A stretch of DNA of 32,000 nucleotides from Candidatus Saccharimonadota bacterium (GCA_002421785.1 DIRZ01000001.1:1-32000), one strand, 5' to 3'. Counted from the stretch's first letter, positions 1 through 6,467 are shown. Made by a program: numbers and translations. Notes: generated by a model not told the origin, from the letters alone.

Positions 1-184
1 ATAAGTATGTATATAATCATGTACCGATAATAGCATAAATGCTGGTCCTTGTTGTTGTCAGGTGCTTTATACTTACGCTAGTCTATTATTAAGCAAAACC
101 ACGGATTCATATATATATAGCGTCAAAACTGAACTATATGCAAAAGAAGTTTTGAATAATTTATAGTATTATCCTTCTGGAATA

Positions 185-207
185 CATCCATTATTCCCAG
201 CCATAGA
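185..207 (+). repeat. Direct repeat copy 1 of a tRNA-3'-end-like motif (CATCCAttattCCCAGCCAtAGA)
   Basis: Shares CATCCA...CCCAGCCA(n)AGA with the copies at 396..417 and 913..934. It is immediately followed by the hairpin at 206..242. Confidence 0.5.
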
Positions 208-242
208 AAATGTCCTAGGTCTTTATGATCTGGGACATTTTC
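206..242 (+). terminator. Stem-loop, possible intrinsic terminator
   Basis: The arms gaaaatgtcctag and ctgggacattttc form a 13-bp stem with one G-U pair. The loop is 11 nt and the stem is followed by tatatctt. Confidence 0.4.
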
Positions 243-250
243 TATATCTT

Positions 251-414
251 GTGGGTGTGGGCGATTTGAACTCCCGAATGACTCGGCACTGCCGAGAACA
301 TTCGGGGTGAGGATTGCCAGTGGCAGTCCGCAAGGAAACGTTACAAATGAGCTATGCTCATTTGACTGACTTTCGCGCCAGCGGAACGCTGGTCGAATCC
401 CTCCACCCCAGCCA
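251..414 (+). ncRNA. GC-rich structured element of unknown class (candidate ncRNA or tRNA-derived fragment)
   Basis: This is a GC-rich block in AT-rich surroundings. It has nested helices at 273-280/299-306 and 282-286/292-296, an 8-bp hairpin at 345-352/356-363, and a 6-bp hairpin at 378-383/387-392. Its ends form imperfect inverted repeats (253-261 vs 400-408). The 3' end GTCGAAT-CCCTC-CACCCCA-G-CCA has the spacing of a tRNA T-loop, T-stem, acceptor, discriminator and CCA. A terminator follows at 430..456. No class could be assigned. Confidence 0.3.
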
Positions 415-417
415 AGA
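396..417 (+). repeat. Direct repeat copy 2 (AATCCctccACCCCAGCCAAGA)
   Basis: The 13 nt ACCCCAGCCAAGA at 405..417 are identical to 922..934, and there is an additional ATCC match upstream. Confidence 0.55.
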
Positions 418-429
418 TGCTTATGCTTA

Positions 430-456
430 GAGCTCCATTTCGGAGTTCTTTTCATT
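430..456 (+). terminator. Intrinsic terminator downstream of the structured element
   Basis: GAGCTCC (430-436) pairs with GGAGTTC (442-448) in a 7-bp stem with one G-U pair. It is followed by TTTTCATTT. Confidence 0.55.
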
Positions 457-475
457 TGGTGCTTGTTAATAAAAT

Positions 476-481
476 TATAAA
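476..481 (+). promoter_or_regulatory. Possible -10 box (TATAAA) 7 nt upstream of ATG 489
   Basis: The hexamer lies 7 nt before the start codon and there is no Shine-Dalgarno sequence between them. Confidence 0.3.
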
Positions 482-488
482 TTCTAGA

Positions 489-908
489 ATGAGCATTACG
501 ATGAAAAGTATCACACAAGAGTTAGAGTATGGTTGCGGCGTGGCTTGTTTTGCATTTGTCTGCAACATGAGTTTCAAGGACGCAATTACATTTCTCGGGA
601 GAGAATACAGTGTACATACCGGATGGAGGCCGAGCGATTTAACGGCTGAGTTAAATCGATTTGGACTCAGTTATAAGAACTGTTACGTGCGTAAGAGGTC
701 GGAATATGACTTTCCCCTAGGCTCGATTGTACTAATAGAGAAATCTGCGAACTACCCAGTAGGCCATTACTTGACTTTGACCTCCAAGGGATGGATGGAT
801 CCGTGGATAAATCTACCTCAAACGAAAGATATTCTTAAAGCAAAATCAGGATTTAGGAAAGAATTACCTGGAAAAGCCATGTACGCATTAGTGCCAATTT
901 CTTCTTGA
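489..908 (+). CDS. Stand-alone peptidase C39-like (papain-fold) cysteine peptidase domain protein
   Basis: This is the ORF listed at 417..908. I start it at ATG 489 (alternative 501) because a terminator hairpin lies at 430..456. The motifs Q-x5-C (ITQELEYGCGVAC), GHYLTL and WMDP match the Gln/Cys/His/Asp layout of C39-like peptidases. No ABC transporter domain is attached. Confidence 0.6.
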   Translation: MSITMKSITQELEYGCGVACFAFVCNMSFKDAITFLGREYSVHTGWRPSDLTAELNRFGLSYKNCYVRKRSEYDFPLGSIVLIEKSANYPVGHYLTLTSKGWMDPWINLPQTKDILKAKSGFRKELPGKAMYALVPISS

Positions 909-912
909 AACA

Positions 913-934
913 CATCCACTAACCCCAGCCAAGA
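913..934 (+). repeat. Direct repeat copy 3 (CATCCActaACCCCAGCCAAGA)
   Basis: See copies 1 and 2. This copy is embedded in the 5' arm of a long imperfect hairpin (about 923..977). Confidence 0.55.
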
Positions 935-936
935 AA

Positions 937-960
937 ACAGTCGGTCTCATGACCGGCTGT
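937..960 (+). terminator. Stem-loop / terminator after the C39-like gene
   Basis: ACAGTCGGTC and GACCGGCTGT form a 10-bp stem with one G-U pair and a tcat loop. Outer pairing can extend the stem to about 923..977. Confidence 0.5.
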
Positions 961-1036
961 TCTCGTGGCTTGGCCTGAACGCAAAAAACAAGTCAAATGG
1001 CTCCGATCGCCCTACTACTTCCACACATAATTATGA

Positions 1037-1068
1037 CAAACGCCCGGTCCATGCGGAGCGGGCGTTTG
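1037..1068 (-). terminator. GC-rich hairpin terminator of the 65-aa membrane protein gene
   Basis: CAAACGCCCG and CGGGCGTTTG form a perfect 10-bp stem just downstream (on the minus strand) of the stop at 1092. Confidence 0.6.
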
Positions 1069-1091
1069 CTCTACGCACGGAACGGGCGATA

Positions 1092-1289
1092 CTATCCGAA
1101 GAGACCGAGCGCCTCAGCCGCGCGATAAGCGGCGAGGAGTCCGATGCCTCCCGTGATGATGGAAGGGAAGAACAGGTCGTCTTCCTTCCTCATGAACTTG
1201 CTCTCGATGATCTTCATCGCCAGGAACACAGCCGTGCAACCAAGGGCGACGGCTCCGTAAACCCACCAGGGCTGTCCCAGTTGACCCAC
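1092..1289 (-). CDS. Small two-TM membrane protein (high-GC island)
   Basis: The GTG start at 1289 is preceded by GAGGTG 6 nt upstream. There are two hydrophobic helices. Codon position 3 strongly prefers G or C, unlike neighbouring genes. Confidence 0.55.
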   Translation of the reverse strand: MGQLGQPWWVYGAVALGCTAVFLAMKIIESKFMRKEDDLFFPSIITGGIGLLAAYRAAEALGLFG

Positions 1290-1536
1290 AATGACACCTC
1301 ACTTTGATAGGGGATTACTTAATTTATATTTTACAATGGTGTACTAATTTAGTCAATAGTAATCTTCGCAAAATAAGTCGGGGTATCCCCATGCTCCCCA
1401 AGCTCCACCCCATTGATTAATATGTAATAATATATTATAATTACATTACTCTCACGTTACTGCCTACTGTAATTGGCAGCGACCTGTTGAGCTCAGTAAA
1501 CCTGAGGCGAATGCCTCACGAGCCAAGGAGAAGCAC

Positions 1537-2214
1537 ATGCACATCGGCACAGTGGTCAAGTCGGACGACGGAGCGATCCAGGTCGGCATCTTGATCGGCG
1601 ACGCGCGCCAACCGCTCTACCGGCACAACGGCCGGACCTACGTCGCAGCCCGCCCAGGGCAGTCGTACTCGTTCGTCGTCGACAACAGCACCGGCGGACG
1701 CCTGGAGGTCATCACCACCGTCGATGGGCGGAACACGCTCAAGAACGAGCCCGGCGACAGCCAGGCCAACCACGGGCTGGTCATCGGCCCATTCGACAGG
1801 TACAACTTCGTCGGTTGGCGACTGGATGACTTCAGGGTCGGCGAGTTCGTGTTCGGCGATCCTGCGAGCAGCGTCGCAGCGCTGACGACCGACGACACAT
1901 CGAACGTCGGCGTGATCGGGATCGCGGCTTACCGTGAACGCGCAATGACGGTCTACCGTGACGGTGGCAACCTGGGCGGACCGGTGTACAAGGGCGGCGG
2001 GGCAACCCGTGGCGGCAGCGTCGGTACGGGCATGGGGACAATCCAGTCCAATTACGTTGGCGCCACTGCGTTCATCCGCAACGGCGATCCGGTCATCATG
2101 GCGGTCTACTACGACACCGAGGAAGTCCTTCGGGCACGAGGGATCATCGCACCGGCCGGGCCGAACCCATTCCCTGGCGCCGTTACCGGCTATGGCCGGC
2201 TGACTGAGCTCTGA
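1537..2214 (+). CDS. Hypothetical protein (high-GC island), no family recognised
   Basis: ATG 1537 is preceded by AAGGAGA. GC3 is high in this frame. The stop is followed by an 11-bp GC hairpin. The mirror ORFs on the minus strand are regarded as GC shadows. Confidence 0.75.
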   Translation: MHIGTVVKSDDGAIQVGILIGDARQPLYRHNGRTYVAARPGQSYSFVVDNSTGGRLEVITTVDGRNTLKNEPGDSQANHGLVIGPFDRYNFVGWRLDDFRVGEFVFGDPASSVAALTTDDTSNVGVIGIAAYRERAMTVYRDGGNLGGPVYKGGGATRGGSVGTGMGTIQSNYVGATAFIRNGDPVIMAVYYDTEEVLRARGIIAPAGPNPFPGAVTGYGRLTEL

Positions 2215-2226
2215 CAACATGAGAGA

Positions 2227-2252
2227 GGGGTGCTACGTTCGCGTAGCACCCC
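2227..2252 (+). terminator. GC-rich hairpin without a U-tract
   Basis: GGGGTGCTACG and CGTAGCACCCC form a perfect 11-bp stem with a 4-nt loop. No T-run follows. Confidence 0.55.
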
Positions 2253-2297
2253 AACTCAAATCACCCCTTTGGTATCATTCGTATTTTCAACAGCATT

Positions 2298-2318
2298 CGG
2301 TCATATGACCGTTTTTTT
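2298..2318 (+). terminator. Second, native-style intrinsic terminator (hairpin plus T7)
   Basis: The palindrome CGGTCATATGACCG is followed by TTTTTTT. No gene lies between it and the previous terminator. Confidence 0.6.
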
Positions 2319-2378
2319 GTATCAAGTAGGCGCAGACATGCTTGCGCGCATAGTTACTGCCCACCTAGAGAAATCTTT

Positions 2379-2387
2379 TGCTATAGT
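2379..2387 (+). promoter_or_regulatory. Extended -10 promoter (TGcTATAGT) 6 nt upstream of ATG 2394, predicting a leaderless mRNA
   Basis: The sequence shows TGn plus TATAGT, then aataat, then ATG. There is no SD. Confidence 0.45.
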
Positions 2388-2393
2388 AATAAT

Positions 2394-2960
2394 ATGCGTA
2401 CAGTCCTTCCACGGCGAGCAGTACTAATCCCTGATCATGCAGAGAAAGTGTTTAAGGGAATTATTTATGATACCTACCACTGGACACAGGAACTATACGA
2501 TGGAAGCACAGCTACTTTTGAGATGCTCAAGCGGCCCGACACGGTGAAAGTCATTGCTATTCATGGACAAAAGATTGTCATACTAGAGCAAGAGCAGCCA
2601 AATCAAAGCCTGTTCTACGACATTCCTGGCGGTATTCACGATCACGAGGAAGAAGATGAGCTTGTCGCCGCACAACGTGAGCTATTCGAAGAAACCGGCA
2701 TGAAGTTTAGCGATTGGAAACTTGTAAATATTTACCAGCCCCACAATAAAATAGAGCAGTTTGTATATATTTTCGTAGCTTCGGGCCTAATTAACCAAGT
2801 AGAGCAGCGGCTCGATGCAGGAGAGAGGGTAAGCATCAAACTTTTAGAGTTTGACGAAGCAAAGCAGTTACTAGATTCACCAATGGGCCGCTACCTTCCA
2901 AAGGAAATAGAAAAGAGCAACAATGTCGAAGACCTCCGTGCGCTACCTGAGTATATATAG
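2394..2960 (+). CDS. NUDIX hydrolase
   Basis: The Nudix box GGIHDHEEEDELVAAQRELFEETGM is present, including the REUxEExGU core. Confidence 0.85.
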   Translation: MRTVLPRRAVLIPDHAEKVFKGIIYDTYHWTQELYDGSTATFEMLKRPDTVKVIAIHGQKIVILEQEQPNQSLFYDIPGGIHDHEEEDELVAAQRELFEETGMKFSDWKLVNIYQPHNKIEQFVYIFVASGLINQVEQRLDAGERVSIKLLEFDEAKQLLDSPMGRYLPKEIEKSNNVEDLRALPEYI

Positions 2961-3054
2961 CTTTCCAAAGCACAGCTAATTGTCGCGAAATGGCGTATTA
3001 TCCCAGGCGGCTTTTGCTTGTTTCGGTTTTAACGGTGTGGTCTAATAAACAAAG

Positions 3055-3489
3055 ATGACTAAAGAATATCCTGAGATATACTTTGCCTGCTCGATACGCG
3101 GGGGACGCGATGACGCTGATTCATACGCTCAATTAGTGAACCATATAAAGACCCGAGCGACGGTGCTCACCGAAATCTTTGCGGATGGCAAGTTAACTTC
3201 CGCTGGAATGAACAAGCCAAATGACGAAATATGGAAGACCGATATTGACTGGATTCGACGTGCAGACGCAGTGATCGCCGAAGTAACCAATCCAAGCCTC
3301 GGCGTTGGGTACGAGATTGCAAAAGCCGAAGAATGGGGCAAGCCCGTACTTGCACTGTTTCGCCAGGACGGAACACGCCGGCTTTCTGCTATGATCGACG
3401 GCTCGCCACAAACCGAAGTATTCAACTATACCGAGCTCGATGAAGCAATCATCGCGATTAATGGCTTTGTTGTTAAGATTAAAGACTAG
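3055..3489 (+). CDS. 2'-deoxynucleoside 5'-phosphate N-hydrolase (DNPH1/Rcl-like), nucleoside 2-deoxyribosyltransferase superfamily
   Basis: IYFACSIRGGRDD, AVIAEVTNPSLGVGYEIAKA and LSAMIDG align end to end with the remembered DNPH1 pattern (YFCGSIRGGRED, VAEVTQPSLGVGYELG, LSAMIRG). Confidence 0.85.
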   Translation: MTKEYPEIYFACSIRGGRDDADSYAQLVNHIKTRATVLTEIFADGKLTSAGMNKPNDEIWKTDIDWIRRADAVIAEVTNPSLGVGYEIAKAEEWGKPVLALFRQDGTRRLSAMIDGSPQTEVFNYTELDEAIIAINGFVVKIKD

Positions 3490-3537
3490 ACAGTCTTAGC
3501 TACTCCGCTTACTTAGGCTCGGCCATGCAGTACGTAA

Positions 3538-3566
3538 TTGACAAATATATCATAATGTGGTAAAAT
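3538..3566 (+). promoter_or_regulatory. Near-consensus sigma-70 promoter (TTGACA-17 nt-TGgTAAAAT)
   Basis: The -35 TTGACA is at 3538-3543 and the extended -10 TAAAAT is at 3561-3566 with a 17-nt spacer. It lies upstream of SD AAGGAG (3592-3597) and ATG 3607. Confidence 0.6.
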
Positions 3567-3606
3567 CAATACATAGTAGTTACTTTTATTCAAGGAGTTT
3601 TAAATT

Positions 3607-3966
3607 ATGGCAGGTTTAAAAAGTGCAATGGATGTCATTGGCTTAGGCGTAACAGTCGCTTCAGCCGAAAAAAGAAGAGAGCGAGCCGGTAGGGTATTTG
3701 AAAAGAATGCTGTGCGACTTGCCTTGCGCGTAGAACGAGGATCAATCGACCCTCTACAAGCGGAGAGCGATTTATCTGACATGGGAACAGAAGCAGATAG
3801 GCTCAGGATCGGAAGGTTCGAGGTCCAAGACCACACGGGTGAGGCGCTGGAACGACTTGTTCTTGACGGGGCGATCGATCCAGTCGCGGCAGAAAACATG
3901 CTCGATAACTTTGGCATCGCCACCCTCACTACTGCGTCTAGCCTAAAGACTACCGACAGACGATAG
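3607..3966 (+). CDS. Hypothetical small protein with an internal sequence repeat
   Basis: It has a strong promoter and SD. The internal repeats are RGSIDPLQAESDLSDMG and DGAIDPVAAENMLDNFG. The overlapping minus-strand ORF 3600..3989 has no such signals. Confidence 0.65.
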   Translation: MAGLKSAMDVIGLGVTVASAEKRRERAGRVFEKNAVRLALRVERGSIDPLQAESDLSDMGTEADRLRIGRFEVQDHTGEALERLVLDGAIDPVAAENMLDNFGIATLTTASSLKTTDRR

Positions 3967-4096
3967 AACCGCTTCCCGATTCCGCTCAAGGAACGATCGG
4001 CCTAATTCGTGTTGCCAATACTGCCACGATTCGGCATACTTATAAGCGTCAACTAGTTTTTCATAACAACTATTTGCCGCTGAGGATAACCCCAGT

Positions 4097-5305
4097 ATGT
4101 TTGAGTCCGAACAAAACATTAGAGGTGAAGTCCAGCTATGGGTACGCAAGGCTCTTGGTTTGTTGACGACGTTGGCGGTTGCTATACCATCGACGTACGT
4201 AGAAGAGGTGAAACATGTTGCAGATGATACAAAAAATGTATCGTTTTTACTTGCACATAATGTTAAATCATTTGTTAACCCCCAAACGCCACCAGATTTT
4301 GAATCGTTCAGCGCTAAAGAAGCCGTAGATATGACTCAAGAAATGTTTCACGTTACTGATGGTTTGTACGCTGATAGTCTCGACGGTGCGACGTGGTTCG
4401 CTACGGTTTGGCACCATAGTCGCGTCCTAGACATGCTGAACATTGCTGCCTTAACGCAAGACGAAACCGACACCCATTACACCGACCTGCGCGACAAGGC
4501 AGAGGACGCCCTTGGGTACTACATGGACGACAATGCAGGCGATTTTCCTCCTGGTTACAATCCACATTACACTATTTTTGGCACGACGGACATAGAGCGC
4601 TTTGTCGATGACAACTTATGGCTGGCCCAGCACTATATGGATCGATATACCGAAACTCGCGAAGACACCTATATCAACAAGTCGAGAATAGCTGTAGACG
4701 TCGCGCTACATGAGCAAGAAGCTGATGGTGGAGTATTTTGGAAATCACAATTCGCCGATGAGCAAAATCAGGATAGGGTAGTGGTTTCGAACGCAACAGC
4801 TATCCCTCCGCTCGTTGACATGTATCTTGGCGGTTACGCGAACGATGAGTATATTGATTCTGCCGAGAGAATATACGAATGGTTGCAGCAACTAAAGGAT
4901 CCTAAAACGGGTCTTTATTTTGATAAGTTTTGGTCGAATGGCGAGATTGACGAGACATTTCATACCTATGTCCAGGGCAAGATGATAGAGGCAACAATTG
5001 CACTAAACAAGATAGACCCAGCTAGGTACCCATTGAGTACGGCCGTAGAGCTTGCCAATGCAAGTCTGGACTACTTTGGCAGAAGTGGTTATGGTGATGC
5101 GGCATTTGATTCAATATACTTCCAATCTGTTATGTCGCTCGCGAGTATTGTTCATGATGCTGATTTGGCTCGAAAGGTGAGCAACGGAATTGATAGCGCG
5201 AGAGGATTAGCATATCGTTCGAACAACGTGTCCCGAGTGGCGGGCGCAGCCTCGCTTGCGCTGCTTGACGAAATGGAGCTCGCGGAATGGTTCAAGCTAC
5301 GATAG
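4097..5305 (+). CDS. Membrane-anchored glycoside hydrolase family 76-like protein (putative alpha-1,6-mannanase fold)
   Basis: GAGGA lies upstream of the ATG and there is an N-terminal hydrophobic anchor (ALGLLTTLAVAIPS). The motifs FVDDNLWLAQHY, DGGVFW, VSNATAIP, YEWL..LKDPKTGLYFDK and HTYVQGKMIEA follow the GH76 motif order, including the adjacent Asp-Asp pair. Confidence 0.65.
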   Translation: MFESEQNIRGEVQLWVRKALGLLTTLAVAIPSTYVEEVKHVADDTKNVSFLLAHNVKSFVNPQTPPDFESFSAKEAVDMTQEMFHVTDGLYADSLDGATWFATVWHHSRVLDMLNIAALTQDETDTHYTDLRDKAEDALGYYMDDNAGDFPPGYNPHYTIFGTTDIERFVDDNLWLAQHYMDRYTETREDTYINKSRIAVDVALHEQEADGGVFWKSQFADEQNQDRVVVSNATAIPPLVDMYLGGYANDEYIDSAERIYEWLQQLKDPKTGLYFDKFWSNGEIDETFHTYVQGKMIEATIALNKIDPARYPLSTAVELANASLDYFGRSGYGDAAFDSIYFQSVMSLASIVHDADLARKVSNGIDSARGLAYRSNNVSRVAGAASLALLDEMELAEWFKLR

Positions 5306-5425
5306 GCCAACCCGCTGATTGGTGGCCAATCATGATATCGCACCACGACTGACCACCGCATTCATTGAATAGCCCTAGTGCTTACGCTATACTACAGACA
5401 AACCCTAGCAAGCAAAAGCGCCTCA

Positions 5426-6328
5426 ATGTTCAGTAAAAAGCAATCACAACGTGCGTTCACCATTGTCGAGCTACTCGTAGTGATTGTCGTAATCGCCGTG
5501 CTGGCTGTTATCACAATTGTGGCGTACAACGGCATTCAAAACCGCGCAACCGTGAGCTTGCTTACCGCCAAATTGTCTATGACCGCCAAGGCACTCGAAG
5601 CGGACCGTGCGGTAAACAACATATACCCAAGCTCGCTCGCAACGGCCAATAACGGAGCGGGAATTGCCACCGACCAGGGAGTTACGCTAGATTATACCTA
5701 CGACAATTCGGGTACAGAACCGGTATTTTGCTTAACCGCATACAACAATAGGGCATCCTACACCATAAGAAGTGGCTCAGCTAGTGCGACTGAAGGTGCG
5801 TGCGCCGGATCGACGGCGGGCGGACTCTATGTACCGCTCACCAATCTTGTATCGAATGGCGATTTTAGCGGCGGAGCGGCAGATTGGCCAACGAGTAATT
5901 CGGGTCCAGTAGCTGTCGTCGACGGTGCAGCAGTATTCACGCCGATAGGAAGCCCCGCATCAACGACGACTAGCCATCATATCTACAAGAGTGTTCCACT
6001 AGTAACGGGACAGGTATACTACCTGCGCGCAGACGTATATGGGAGCGCACGCATGTCGCTTACATCCTACACATACCCAAGCAATGCTGCGAATACATGG
6101 GGTAGCTATAGCGCACGGCAAGTCGCGACCGTCACAGCATCGCGGGCCTTTGGCGTACGCAGCACCCTTGCAAGTGCATGGACAGAGGTCAGATGCAAGA
6201 ACCTTTTGATAATCAACCTGACGACAGCTTTTGGCGCAGGCAATGAGCCTACCGCCGCACAGATGGATGCAATCATGCAACAATTTCCTGACAGATGGTT
6301 TAATGGTAGCGTATCGGCAAAACTTTGA
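5426..6328 (+). CDS. Type IV pilin-like protein (prepilin N-terminal methylation motif) with a large C-terminal lectin/CBM-like domain
   Basis: MFSKKQSQRA/FTIVELLVVIVVIAVLAVI is a class III signal peptide with the invariant Glu at +5. The listed ORF begins at GTG 5378, and I prefer ATG 5426. The C-terminal part begins NLVSNGDFSGGAADW. Confidence 0.8.
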   Translation: MFSKKQSQRAFTIVELLVVIVVIAVLAVITIVAYNGIQNRATVSLLTAKLSMTAKALEADRAVNNIYPSSLATANNGAGIATDQGVTLDYTYDNSGTEPVFCLTAYNNRASYTIRSGSASATEGACAGSTAGGLYVPLTNLVSNGDFSGGAADWPTSNSGPVAVVDGAAVFTPIGSPASTTTSHHIYKSVPLVTGQVYYLRADVYGSARMSLTSYTYPSNAANTWGSYSARQVATVTASRAFGVRSTLASAWTEVRCKNLLIINLTTAFGAGNEPTAAQMDAIMQQFPDRWFNGSVSAKL

Positions 6329-6437
6329 TCCCAGCAAGATTCTTCGAACGATTTTACCAGAGTAGGATAACCGCTAGTGATACACATAGCTACCTGGGGC
6401 CAGTGACCCATGCAACTACAATATATTGTTGAAATAA

Positions 6438-6467
6438 TTCAACGGACTGTGTTGTACTACATATAAT
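6438..6467 (+). promoter_or_regulatory. Possible promoter of the sigma factor gene (TTCAAC-18 nt-TATAAT)
   Basis: The hexamers are at 6438-6443 and 6462-6467, with the -10 box 20 nt upstream of ATG 6488. Confidence 0.3.

Noticed and set aside
251-414. tmRNA, tRNA (with or without an intron), SRP RNA or a known riboswitch
   Set aside because: At 164 nt it is too short for tmRNA, and no ...ALAA-type tag frame is present. The acceptor and T stems do not pair canonically on either strand. The universally conserved SRP domain IV sequence (GGAAGCAGCC-like) is absent. I saw no recognisable riboswitch core. It is kept only as an unclassified structured element.
123-518. 131-aa ORF on the minus strand
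   Set aside because: It spans the structured GC-rich element, two terminator hairpins and two repeat copies. It has no SD or promoter and an odd composition, so it is most likely a chance ORF.
1516-2220. 234-aa minus-strand ORF and other overlapping ORFs (1638..1898, 1832..2041, 1958..2203, 1114..1302) in the high-GC island
   Set aside because: These are typical shadow ORFs of high-GC DNA. The plus-strand frame has the SD, the GC3 bias and the downstream terminator.
3600-3989. 129-aa minus-strand ORF overlapping 3607..3966
   Set aside because: The promoter and SD signals support the plus-strand gene, and the minus-strand ORF has none.
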